A stretch of DNA of 63,835 nucleotides, filler included, from Octopus bimaculoides (taxonomy: Eukaryota): the NCBI RefSeq assembly GCF_001194135.2. It is 10 parts of 10 records of this genome, joined end to end, with 100 filler letters (N's around TTAATTAATTAA, not from the genome) between each part and the next. Parts side by side here need not be neighbours in the genome. Positions count along the whole stretch, not along the records: positions 1 to 22,204 come from NC_068996.1; 9 more parts are not named here. One strand, given 5' to 3'. Below the pieces are notes generated by a model. The model saw only the letters and a program-made list of their open reading frames with translations, did no database searches and was not told the origin of the DNA. How positions within the stretch are numbered: position 1 is the stretch's first letter; every line of letters begins with the position of its first letter. Position numbers and translations under genes: made by a program. This document shows positions 1 through 11,619 of the stretch, piece by piece.

Positions 1-16
1 GTATGTGTATATACAT

Positions 17-48
<32 letters not shown>

Positions 49-1216
49 TCCTTCATTCTGTTTGATAAATGGATTGTAGTATCAGTTGTGGAGTAAGAGT
101 TTATGCTGTTGATATACTGCCGAAAGAAACACTGCATTGATAAGTCAGTTTATGAGTCGAGGTTTAATAATAGAAACAAAAGAGTGAAGGCTGATTTTTG
201 ACGTTAAAGAGGTTAAGGTTAAGCTTGTTGAAAGAGAAGCTGAGGAGGACAAACACTGCCATAGTTATTATATTGTACTCTAAAGAATAACATGTAAAGT
301 AACACTCCTTGTATGATTGGTTGGAAAATTAAGAAACAATTACTGTATATTAAGAAACAATTATATATTAAGAACCACTTAATTATTAAGAGTGAGACAG
401 CAGTACAGCAGAGTGTAAGTGGGTATGATGTGTGTGTGTGTCAGCTTTTAGTTCTGTTTCTCTATTTCTTTTTACCTCCTCCTTGTTCCCATTTTAAATT
501 CTTTCCCAATAAGGTCAAGTCTGTCTGCCTTTCATTGTTCCAGTGTCAATAAATGCCTGAAACAAATTGAGTTTGATTTGATTGAAATTACCAACCACTT
601 ACATATTTGTGCCAATGAGACTAATTAATATCTTTTATACCAGGCAGCTTGCTATAAAATATTTACTCAAAATTTTGTGACCATCTCTGAATTTTGATAA
701 CACAAAACGAAAATGATTTTCAACAGATTGATATAAAAACAAAAAGCAAATAAAAATAATTGTTTACACATTGAAAATTGATAATTTAAAAATACTCTTG
801 ATGACTGATGATGGTAGTGATGGCAACAGGCTCTTTAAAATGGAATCCACCCAGTTACTTGCATCCAAATCAATTCTCAGGTTAGAGAATGACTAAAAAC
901 TTTAATGTTTTTGCTTATTACACTTTCTTTTGGTGTAGGTCAATGTAGTTTTCTAGAAGAGGTTTTTTTTGTCAAACAGGATACAATCTCATCCTTGTGA
1001 GTAACTCATGTGAAAGGGAGCAGGAGTCCCATCCACAGTCACTAATGTCCAGTTGGATGGCTTATAAGGATCCAATTAGGAGGTTAGCTGGAACATGAGT
1101 TCTACTTCCTCCTTCCTTATTCTTTTGCCATTCTCAGAAGTACTCCAAGATTATAGAGGATTACCCTCTCCATCAGATCTCTGGCTAAAGCCCACAAGGA
1201 ATTTAAAATAACATAT

Positions 1217-1612
1217 AGGCGCAGGAGTGGCTGTGTGGTAAGTAGCTTGCTTACCAACCACATGGTTCTGGGTTCAGTCCCACTGCATGGCACCTTGGGC
1301 AAGTGTCTTCTACTATAGCCTCAGGCCGACCAAAGCCTTGTGAGTGGATTTGGTAGACGGAAACTGAAAGAAGCCCGTTGTATATATGTATATATATATA
1401 TATATATGTTTGTGTGTCTGTGTTTGTCCCCCCACCATCGCTTGACAACCGATGCTGGTGTGTTTTATGTCCCCGTAACTTAGCAGTTCGGCAAAAAGAG
1501 ACCGATAGAATAAGTACTAGGCTTACAAAGAATAAGTCCTGGGGTCGATTTTCTCGACTAAAGGCAGTGCTCCAGCATGGACACAGTCAAATGACTGAAA
1601 CAAGTAAAAGAG
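1217..1612 (+). mobile_element. tRNA-derived SINE family A (CORE-like), near full length
   Basis: Head ggcgcaggagtggctgtgtggtaag with ggttcagtcc B-box-like motif, gcaccttgggcaagtgtctt core-like segment, internal (TA)n, and tail ending aaatgactgaaacaagtaaaagag. Many other copies in the window. Confidence 0.85.
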
Positions 1613-1719
1613 TAACTGTGGTGTCTAACACTCAATGCTCTTTGAATGGATCTATCATTAGAAAAATAAATTTTCTGTTCTTTATTTGGTATTTTTTAAA
1701 AAATATTATTTAAATAGGC

Positions 1720-1910
1720 CAAAATATTCTACCCATATTATGTTCAAACTGGCCAGATACAGCCTCTCACACCTGCATTACCATGTCATTCTAAAATAAA
1801 TAATCACATCATCAAAGTCTCAAAACTACACGATAATACATGATTAATTCAAAACAATATGAATAAATGATAATTACATTTGACAGAGTAATGTAAATGC
1901 TAAAGGGTTA
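1720..1910 (-). mobile_element. piggyBac-type MITE (TTAA + CCCTTT termini)
   Basis: Ends aatgctaaagggttaa. The same ~220-bp family recurs at ~18035-18258, ~34835-35040 and ~59320-59528, with TTAAC(C)CTTT-like left ends. TTAA target plus CCCT termini are piggyBac hallmarks. Confidence 0.65.
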
Positions 1911-2712
1911 AACACAATTTATTTATTAATATAAAAATATGATAGTCTCCCTGTTTTTGTCTCATTTGCTAGAAATAGCTGCTAAATCTCCTTCAAATCA
2001 AACTCCAAATTAAACTGAAAGACAGGATGGTCACAGTTGGAATGTTTTCAATCTATTCAGTCATGGTTGAACTAGGACTAAATAATCAACAAAACTCTAT
2101 ATACGTAAAACACACCGTTTTCTGTATGCCAGCACAGTAGTGGTGGTCATGATGATGACATTCCTGATGCACTTTTGTCATATTTTAATTTAAATTTCCA
2201 TTCATAATTGGTATGAATTTAACATGTTTGTGAAGTGTTCAGATTTTATAATCGTTACTTCACCTGTAATTGCATCATACTCCTGGAGAAGGTGGGTAGC
2301 ACAGCACACTGTGACACTCTGCCTAGCAAACAACATTATTTTCTTCCTACTCAGCAGTTGGTAGACCATTGATAGTAAGGACAGCCAGTACCTAGCATTA
2401 CTGAGCCACCATTGCCTTTCGTATGGATATAGTTTCCAAATCTCCATGAACTCCGATCATCTTGAGAAAGGAAGTTAGTATGATCACTGCTGGGACATCT
2501 TTGATTGTTGCTAAATCACAACTAACTTGGGCTCAACTACAATTATTCTAACAATAAATAATTTGGTCTAAATCATCTGACTTGTGACAGTTTGGAAAAC
2601 AGTTGAAGATGAATTGACAGAGAAAAAAAAAATGATTAATTAATCACTTTTTAATTACCCATTGAAGCTACTTTTTCTGCTCACAGACCCCCCCCCCCCC
2701 CNNNNNNNNNNG

Positions 2713-2940
<228 letters not shown>

Positions 2941-4172
2941 TAATTTTTTCCCTTCTGAATGAATGAGAGAAGCAAACATGTTCCCTTAACCCTTATTCCT
3001 CGACAAATTCATTCAACATCCACCAACAGACTTTACACTTGTTAAGTGTAAGCTGCAAGTTATAATCATGGATATTATTATCAAAATCATTTGGTCCCAA
3101 ACTTTTTATTTGCTTAATGTTATCAGTTGGTTATTATTATTATTATTATTATCATCATCATCATCATCATCATCATCAACAAAAATGCTCCCTCCCAAGG
3201 TGATCACAATAAGTGGTTCTACTGTATTTCTAAGCAGGGTTCCTTATTTGTTCTTCAAGTGAGCAGGAATGACTACCAGATTGTCTTGGAGATTTACTTG
3301 GATCCTATCTAGTGTTTCCTATTTTGTGAATGATTATATTTATCAACTGTTTCATATCATGGAAACCACAACACTATCTCAAAGATATTATCTGAGAAAA
3401 CAACCTAATTTTCAGTTCATTGAAGGCTCATTTTCCTTTTTTAGTTTTCTAATTTTTCTTTGATCTATAGCAGAGGGGCATGTATGGATTTTCAGAAATA
3501 TCATGCGAATTTTAATTTGTAGTTATACAGGTCAAAGTTCAACACCATTGCACAATACTTTGGGCAAATTTCTTTTACTGTAGCTATGGATTAACACAAA
3601 CTTTACGCGAAAGACAGTTCTTCTTGGTGGTGGGATAGGCTTAAAATATCATCTGGTTTGACCTTCCCACCACTGCCACTTAGACCTCCCCTCCACCTCT
3701 CAGGGTACCTTTCACAGTATCCATCATGTTATATTCATTCACATAATGTCATCAATCAGAGTTAGATAATTCAACATGTTGATAAACCAACCCATCAGTT
3801 GGTTTCTTCCTCTTACCTTCCACACCCTCCACCCACTAGTCTCAGACAACCACGAATAAAGGTCTCTGGCTTGGTCGTGTAAAAATATCAAATATAATAA
3901 TAATAATATTCTAGCTGAGACATGTTTTAATAGTGAGTAAAGAAATGAAATAGAGAGAGAAAGAGAAAAAGAAAGATGATACTGCTTGTATTAAGTTTAC
4001 TTAAAATGTCTTTACTAAAAACTAATTAAACATAATGAATAATGACTGCAAACAGGAACTATGATGAGGGTAATTCAAAATTAAGAAGTCTGTAAGGAAA
4101 CCTGCATGACTAACCCTCTGCTTCAGCAGTGAAATTGGTTTTAAAACAGTCGATGTTTTGTTTTATTTACAG

Positions 4173-4267
4173 GACCTGAAGCAGTTAGAGCTACCAATGT
4201 TTTTTATTATTTAACATATGAAGGAAGTGTCAACCTTGAATCTATGACTGATCCAGTTATGAAAGAG
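4173..4267 (+). CDS. NBEA: Neurobeachin BEACH exon, (G)[31 protein letters not shown]
   Basis: ttttatttacag|GA acceptor completes the phase-1 Gly codon; 95 nt. Ends GAG|gcaaga (GC donor); read-through hits TAA three codons later. Absent from the ORF track because it is short. Confidence 0.95.
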
Positions 4268-5195
4268 GCAAGATATTAATTTCTTACAGTTTTTAAGAAT
4301 CCTATTTTCTAAACATAATTATTATTATTATTTCACTAGTGGAAAGAAACGAAGCCAGTATGCTCCGTGGATGGGTAATGTCAGTGTGCATATATGAGAG
4401 AGTGTAAGTGATTTGAAAGAAAAACTGGGTATATGTAGCATCAGATGTTGTGTGCAAGAGTGAAGACTGCACTGGTATGGTCATGTGGCGCATATGATTG
4501 AAGACAGTTACATCAAGAGATGCCGATCTCTAATTCTAGAGGGAACATGTGGAAGCGGGTAGACCCAGGAAGACAGGACAAAGTGATGAGAAAGGATCTT
4601 CAGATATTGGATCCCACAGAGAGGATGGCAAGGGACCAAGACTCCTGGCAGTTTGTTGTGCTTGAGAAGATGTGTGAAACTAAGCAAAAGCATGGTTGTT
4701 CTTGCATACAGGCTTGTCCCCTGCATCCTTCTCCAGCTGAACATTCCTCATCTTGGAAGCTCATGAGTGCTTAGTGCCACATAAAAAAGCACCCATGCCA
4801 GTGCTGTGTAAAAGCACCCAGTATTCTCTGTCAAGTGGATGGTGTTAGGAAGGGCATCCAGCTGCCCTTCAAGTCCAGTACTTCACTCTTGTTTTTTCAA
4901 CTTCAGTTGCATTTAAAATGAAGATGTAACCAATTCTCTGATGCCTTATCAATTCTGCCATTCCACTACTTACTCTTTATTTCACAAACCCTGGTTGACA
5001 AGATGCAACATAGGTACTTTATACAGAGGTCTGTTTTCATAATTTTAGCTGGAGACATCTAGTAGCCATAAGTATTTCAGTTTTAGTGAATGAAAAATCA
5101 AATTAATTATTGATTATAAAACACTTCTCAGTTTTCACTTCCTTTTATTAATATGTCATCTTTGTATTTTTTTTTTTTTTCTTTTATCATTACAG
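4268..5195 (+). other. GC-AG intron of NBEA (928 nt)
   Basis: Donor GAG|GCAAGA and acceptor TACAG|GCC. Joining gives an uninterrupted ...VMKE-AIENQ... frame; there is no usable GT before the in-frame stop. Confidence 0.88.
4338..4880 (+). mobile_element. RTE-clade LINE 3' fragment, degenerate
   Basis: Translates with stops and frameshifts as ERNEASMLRWMGNVSV...EKLGICSIRCCVQExRLHWYGHV...EGTCG.GRPRKT.DKVMRKDL, the typical RTE ORF C-terminus, followed by an aggaagggcatccagc 3' segment. Lies inside the GC-AG intron. Confidence 0.85.
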
Positions 5196-5285
5196 GCCAT
5201 TGAAAACCAAATCCGTAGTTTTGGTCAAACCCCAACCCAACTTCTAACTGAACCTCACCCACCAAGGAGTTCTTTAATGCATTTG
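5196..5285 (+). CDS. NBEA: Neurobeachin BEACH C-terminal exon, [30 protein letters not shown]
   Basis: Long poly-T tract plus tacag|GCC acceptor and TTG|gtaaga donor; 90 nt, phase 0 to 0. Contains the FGQTPxQLLxEPHPPR end-of-BEACH signature. Confidence 0.96.
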
Positions 5286-6594
5286 GTAAGAATAAACAGA
5301 CAAGTGTGTGTGTGTGTTGTAATTTACTGGGATTATCAATGAGTTTTGGTATTTTTGTTGCTTTTTTTTTTTTTTGATACCAATTTTCTTACTTTTATAA
5401 AAAAAAAAACAATATTGAGATTAGAAAAAAAAAATTAAGGCTTCAACAGGAATGCTGGCAAATGTTTTTTCTCTTTAAATTAAAACAATGGGGAAACCCA
5501 AATTGCACTTTTCTTGCTATGTCTGATTAGATCAAACAGTTTTATATGTGAGCTTTTCTTCTTATTAAAATGTATTCAGATAGGTTTTTTTCCCCTGCCT
5601 TCTGGTACACTGCATGTGTATGATTTTTTTTTTTTAGTTTGTTTCTGTGAGATTGACTACTTTTTACTTACCATGGCTGCAAAATTATAAAATCTTCAAT
5701 TTCAATTTAACACTAAATATATAACTTAAACAGTAGTCAATTCCATTTGCTCTTGTCTGTTGTCTCTAAATCTCATAATGCCTGTTTTATTTGCACTTTT
5801 CCAAATTGTTCCATCTTTGTGTATGTGTATTTTTCAAATGAAATGGTTAATTGTTGATGACAATTTTATCTAAGGGTTGTAAATTCTAAATTTCATATAC
5901 TTTTGTATTTGATATTAAAATGTAATTTGTTATTAAAGCAACAAATTATTGTCAAAACTTTAATGCTGCAAATTAATTTTAGCAATGTTTATATATGTTT
6001 GATGTGTGTTTACACAAAACCACACACAAACATATATTTATGTGGCTTTCTGTGTGTATGTATATATGAATTATATATATATATATATACATATATATAG
6101 CCACATATCAACACACATATATTGCGAGTTACAAGTTGAGAATTTGATATCAATAAATTTCATTTGTGTCATTGTTATGGAAAGGTATGAAGGCCACTCC
6201 TATGACAAACACTTCTGACTGCATAAAACCAAGCAACCAATTTTGTTTGTTATACAGCATGTATACACAAGATTACATCTGTTGATATGCATGTCATCAT
6301 CATCATCATCATCGTCAGTGTCACTTATCAACACATCCACTCCATTTCTAGAGTTGTTAAGTCAGAAGGTTGCAATTGGCTATACAAATGGTGGTGCTGA
6401 CCGAGATGGTGGCAGTGGTCAAAGTGGTTGTTGATCATTGTTGATCCCCAATTCATGATCTCAAATGAAACACAAAATAGTCTAAATTGGGATTTGAACT
6501 CACAATAATAGAACTAGAAACTTACAACTGTTAGGCATCTCATCCATGACTCAGCTCAATATACTGATGATGATGATGATGACAATGATGATAA

Positions 6595-7185
6595 TTACTT
6601 CTAATTTTGGCACAAGGCCAGCAATTTTAGAAGGAAGAGTTTTAATTGATTACACCAAACCCAATACTTGATTAGTATTTTATTTTATTGACCTTGAAAG
6701 GTTGAAAGGCTAAGTTGACCTTGGCAATATTTTAAACTCTGTAAAGAGCCAGAAGAAATACTGCTAAGAATTTTGTCCAGTGTGCTAAAGATTCTGTCAG
6801 TTCACAATAATAATCATTTCTACAATAGGCTCAAGGCCTGACATTTGAGGGATGAATAGAGTTGATACCAGATAGGTACTTTATTTTATTAACCCTTGAG
6901 GGATAAAAGGCAAAGTTGATCTCCACAAGGGTCAGAGAAATTCCACAAGACATTTTTCTGATGCTCTAATGGTTCAGCAATCTTTCACTTTTATAATATT
7001 GATGGCTTTCTCTACTATAGGCACAAGGTCTGAAATTTGTGGGGAGGGGCTATGTTGATTACATCAACTCCAGCACTCAACTGATACTTATTTTCTTGAC
7101 CATGAAAGGACAAAAGGCAGAGTTGAACTCAGAGCATAAAGACACTTAGTATTTTGTCCTGCATGCTAGTGATTCTACCAGCAAT
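6595..7185 (-). mobile_element. Three degenerate copies of tRNA-SINE family B (Meta-domain-like)
   Basis: Reverse complements of gactttgcctttcatcc...aagtaccag modules, heavily CpG-depleted. Confidence 0.65.
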
Positions 7186-7629
7186 AATAATAATAATTTA
7201 CAAGTGTTAAAATCAACTTTGTTATATCAGCAGTATGTGTCTTTTAAATGCTAGATTGGAGAATAATATGTATTGCAGCTGGATTTGAACCAGAGCCTAA
7301 AAGATTGGAATGAAATAATACTGGGATGTATTTATTTTGACATGTTACTGCCTTGGCTACCTTCTATCCCCTGATTAATCAACCTGATGAGAAGAAGAGA
7401 TGCAAGCCAATAAACGACCTTTTATGTGGTTGGTTAGCCTGCTAGAAATAGTAGCCAACTCTCTTATAAATCACAATCGTCCATTTTACAACAATAGATG
7501 GATGGGTATGGCTGGAATGCCTTCAGTTGTAATCTGCTGAACCAGTCATACTTGAGGCTAATGAACAATACTAACAATGATCTTAATTAGTAACTATTTC
7601 TTACATTATTACAACTACTATAACCTGGG

Positions 7630-7890
7630 GCTGACTAAAGCTTTGTGAGTGGATTTGGTAGATGGAAACTGAAGGAAGTCCTTCTTATAGATGTGTGTAC
7701 CTTTCTTTGTCTGTTTGTCCCCTCCCACTGTTTGACAACTGATGTTGGCATGTTTACATCCCTGTAACTTAGCAGTTTGGCAAAAGAACTGATAGAATAT
7801 GTATCAGTTTTTAAGAAAATAAGTGCTGGGTTCGGTTCATTTGACTAAGGTGCTCCAGCAGGGCTATAGTGTAATGACTGAAATAATTAC
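7630..7890 (+). mobile_element. SINE family A, 5'-truncated and degenerate
   Basis: Similar to 1320-1610. Confidence 0.75.
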
Positions 7891-8740
7891 AAGATAAATA
7901 ATAGTATTGAAAAACACTCAACCTATCTCATTGCTTATGTGTCTGGTTACATCAGACTGCTTCTGTTCAGTTCACCCTACTTTCATTCTACCAGTGTACT
8001 CTTGCATTTTTTCTCCCACATATCTAGACCTCCTGTCAATCACTTCATTTCCTGGTTCACATTGATTTCTGTCACCTCCCTGCCATCTTAGTCATACTGT
8101 CTTTCATATTGCTACCTGTTTCAAAATACTGAGTTCCACTTTTACTTGTCCCATTATCACCCATCCCTCTCGCCATGATTATCCATGCCTCTGTCACTCA
8201 TATTTCTTATTCTATAAAGAGGTGGATGTTTGAGCAGAGAGAGAGAGATGAGGTTGTGAAGACCCTTTATTTGTGACAAGGACACAGTTGCCCCACTGGT
8301 GTTGGCAGTATGAAAAACACATCCAATAACATTCTGCAGAGTGGGAGGTCATGAAGACCTTTAGTTTTGTCATGGACATGGCCCTCTCTCTCTCTCTCTA
8401 GTCATGATTTAAATAACAATGACAAACACAACAACATTGTAGTGTGTGTTAAGGGGTGAGCAAATTGAAGTAAACCAATTAGATTGCTGGCTCCAAATTT
8501 ATCAACCTTCCAGTGCAGGTTCAAAGACAATGTCAACCTCCTGTAGGACTCAAAACAAAGGGAGTCAGACCAATGAAGGGACAATGTCTCTCATGGAATT
8601 TGAACTCTGATTGTAAAAGACCACCATTAAATGCCCTGTGACATTTTGTGTGCTATTCTACCAATTCTGCTGATCAATTGTGCTAAAGCTACCATTATTT
8701 ACATTGGACAGATATTTGTCCTCATCTTGTTTGTTGTTAC

Positions 8741-8787
8741 CACAACGTTTCTTCGGCTGATATACCCTCCAGCCTTCATCAGGTGTC
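8741..8787 (-). ncRNA. Minimal type I hammerhead ribozyme motif (PLE-type), with 3-nt duplication
   Basis: Minus strand: gacac CTGATGA a ggctg gagggtatat cagcc gaa GAAAC GTT gtg. Stem II is ggctg/cagcc, stem III is palindromic AACGTT, stem I is cac/gtg. Confidence 0.6.
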
Positions 8788-8849
8788 CTGGTGGAAGTTT
8801 GAACCCAACCCTGGGTTCTCATTCCTAAGGTATTTTTTGCTGATGTTGC

Positions 8850-8883
<34 letters not shown>

Positions 8884-9103
8884 TAGGCACTGCTTGGAAT
8901 TGAACCTGGAATCTTGAGGTTAGTAGCCCGTGCTCTTAACCATTACACTATATGCCCGTGGGCATAATGGTTAAAAGCATGAGCTACTAACCCCAAGATT
9001 CCGAGTTCAATTTCAAGCAGTGCCTTGAATAAATGAAAATAGTAGCATCATCAAAAAATACCTTAGGAATGAGAACCCAGGGTTGGTTTCAAGATTCTAC
9101 CAG

Positions 9104-9147
9104 GACACCTGATGAAGGCTGGAGAGTAAATCAACCAAAACATTGTG
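9104..9147 (+). ncRNA. Degenerate copy of the same hammerhead motif
   Basis: gacac CTGATGA a ggctg gagagtaaat caacc AAAAC ATT gtg. G12 is lost, stem II is mismatched and the palindrome is broken, so predicted inactive. Confidence 0.5.
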
Positions 9148-9844
9148 GTAACAGCAAACAAGATGAGGACACATATTCATCAAATGTAAATAATGTAAAT
9201 GATGCACAGAATTCGTCATCTCTAAAATATAGAACAGTATTAAAGCTATCATATATTCACAAACACATTAGATTTAATTATTTCTTCAACTCACTCTATT
9301 TTCGTATCTTCATTAATACTGTTATGAGTTTTTTTTTCTTCTTTTTATATCACAACAAACCAGGTTTTTCAACCCTGAGGCCAATTTTAAATTTTTATTT
9401 TTAGTTTCTCTCATGATGTTTTTGGTTTTTTTATTAAGTTCTCAGGAGTAACCTTGTTGACCTGCATGAAGATTAACATCATTTCCTACCTGGAAGCCTG
9501 CAATAGTTTCATTAATTTTTTAATCAATCATCTATTCTCCATTAATTCTAGGTTCAAAGGTCAAATGTTGAGCTTCTTTCTCTGCCCACTTCCTCCTCAG
9601 TACATTTTGCAATGGTTCCAGCATTTTAGGACTAGAAACCTTTGTATGGCACTAACTTCTGAGGTTGTTAGTTGATTATATTGATCCAGCAGTTAGTCTG
9701 CAGCTTATTTTTAGTAGCTCCAAAGGACAAAGTCTACCGTGATGTAAAGGGACAGGGACATAATTTGGGTGAAACTAAATACTGTATGGTATTTTTAATC
9801 AATGTACTAATTTTTTTTTTTTGTTTATTTTGTTTCTAACATAT

Positions 9845-10295
9845 ATACATACGACTGGCACCCATGCCAACGTCGTCTCCTTCTTTGGACACGAAACTCA
9901 GCTTGCGAAGATTTATTGAGGCAAGCGAAAGCGAAATTGGGATGGCACCTGTGCCCAGCATTGCCTTTCTGGCACTTGTGCCCGTGACATATGTAAGGAT
10001 TTTCGAGTGAGATCGTTGCCAGTGCCCCTGGATTGGCTCTTGTGCGGGTGGCACATAAAATACACCATTTTGAGCGTGGCTGTTGCCAGTACCGCCTGAC
10101 TGGCCTTCGTGTGGGTGACACGTAAAAGCACCCACTACACTCTCTGAGTGGTTGGCATTAGCAAGGGCATCCAGCTGTAGAAACTCTGCCAAATCAGATT
10201 GGAGCCTGGTGTAGCCATCCGGTTTCACCAGTCCTCAGTCAAATTATCCAACCCATGCTAGCATGGAAAGCGGACGTTAAACAATGATGATGATT
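9845..10295 (+). mobile_element. Retroposon family C (ggcattagcaagggcatccagc domain, (TGA)n tail) with internal subrepeats
   Basis: 3' end ...ccaacccatgctagcatggaaagcggacgttaaac-gatgatgat. Related copies at 20165-20675 (-), 27290-27735 (+), 17640-17800, 28790-28960, 32620-32800 (-) and 32960-33100. Confidence 0.75.
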
Positions 10296-10309
10296 GTGTG
10301 TGCATGCAT

Positions 10310-10905
10310 GTATGTAGACATACAGTTCCAGGTTCAATTGCACCACATGGCACCTTGAGCAAATGTCTTCTATTATAGCTTCAGGCCAGCCAAAGCCTTG
10401 TGAATGGATTTGGTCAATGGAAACCGAAAGAAGCTTGTCATAAATATATATATATATATATGTATTTATGTGTCTCTGTTTGTCTACACATCACTGTTTG
10501 ACAATTGGAGTTGGTGTTTATGTACCTGTAACATAGCAGTTTGGCAAAAGAGACTGATAGAATAGGTACTGAGCTTAAGTAAAAAAATACATCCTGAAGT
10601 TGATTTGTTCAACTGAAACCCTTCAAGGCTGTGCTTCATTGTCACCACAGTCAAATGACTGAAATAAGTAATAGATGAAAGATGTGTATGTATGTATATG
10701 TATATTCCTTTATTCTTTTACTTGTTTCAGTCACTTGACTGCGGCCATGCTGGAGCACCGCCTTTAGTTAGAGAAATTGACCCTAGGACCTATTCTTTGT
10801 AAGCCTAGTACTTATTCTATCGGTTTCTTTTACCAAACTGCTAAGTTACGGGGACATAAACACACCAGCATCAGCTGTCAAGCGACGGTGGGGAAACAAA
10901 CACAG
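10310..10905. mobile_element. Tail-to-tail SINE family A copies (+ 10310-10670, - 10710-10905)
   Basis: The tail gactgaaataagta is followed by the reverse-complement tail cttgtttcagtcacttgactgcggccatgctggagcaccgcc. Confidence 0.75.
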
Positions 10906-10999
10906 ACACACAAACATCATCATTATCATGGTGCTTTTTATGTGCCACTAGCACAAGTGCCAGTCGGGTGGAACTGGCATCAGCCATGACTAGGATTTC

Positions 11000-11420
11000 A
11001 TTTGGTTCAACAAGTCTTCACAAGCATGGCATATCAGCCAATGATTGAAGGGTGCTTTTAGACAGGCCAGTTATGTAGCACTGGCATCAGCCACAACTAT
11101 GATCTCACTTGATTTGCTGGGTCTTCTCAAGCACAGCATATCTCCAAAGGTCTCGGTCACTTGTCATTGCCTCTGTGAGGTCCAATATTTGAAGGTCGTG
11201 CTTCACTACCTCATCTCATGTCTTCCTGGTTTACCTCTTCCACAGGTTCCCTCTACTGTTAAAGTGTGACACTTCTTCACACACCTGTCCTCATCTATTT
11301 GCATCACATGATCATACCAGCGCAGTTGTCTCTCTTGCACACTACATCTGATGCTTCTTATGTCCAACTTTTCTGCATATATATATGGTGGTTGTCTACT
11401 CCTTAAACAAAGTTTGACCA
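11000..11420 (-). mobile_element. RTE-clade LINE 3' fragment
   Basis: ORF 11206-11430 (-): EKLDIRSIRCSVQERQLRWYDHVMQIDEDRCVKKCHTLTVEGTCGRGKP; same family as 4338-4880. Confidence 0.85.
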
Positions 11421-11421
11421 C

Positions 11422-11560
11422 CTCCTGCACCTACACCTTAGCCCTTTCATGGCGTCTGATGTGGCTTTTTAAACCAGACAGTGTTTTGAAAAAGCACCCA
11501 CACAGATTGCACCTCTGATTTGCACTACCAATACCTGCAAGTAAGTTCTGCTCATTGTGG
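11422..11560 (-). mobile_element. 3' end of a second LINE with a terminal zinc-finger-like motif
   Basis: ORF 11431-11616 (-) ends CNLCGCFFKTLSGLKSHIRRH (CxxC...SGLKSHxR), a motif typical of RTE-type ORF ends. Confidence 0.55.
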
Positions 11561-11568
11561 ATCCTAAC

Positions 11569-11619
<51 letters not shown>

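Larger units (their letters stand above)
8691..9195. mobile_element. Head-to-head inverted pair of a tRNA-headed, hammerhead-bearing element (~500-bp foldback)
   Basis: Centre tatgccc-gt-gggcata (8951-8966). Each arm reads outward: tRNA-like head, (TAA)n or A-rich spacer, aaaaataccttaggaatgagaacccaggg, CTGATGA...GAAAC motif, then aaatgtaaataatg end. Confidence 0.8.

Noticed and set aside
2202-2447. 81-aa minus-strand ORF with protein-like composition (MEIWKLYPYERQWW...)
   Set aside because: No recognisable domain or splice context; the length is within chance expectation. A blastp search would settle it.
8959-9024. tRNA gene calls for this and the SINE heads
   Set aside because: The acceptor and T stems are broken and the heads are fused to repeat bodies; these are tRNA-derived heads, not functional tRNAs.
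9710-9790. Open frame VAPKDKVYRDVKGQGHNLGETKYC after a ttttag
   Set aside because: Both candidate acceptors give stops in phase 0, which the upstream donor requires; no NBEA similarity.
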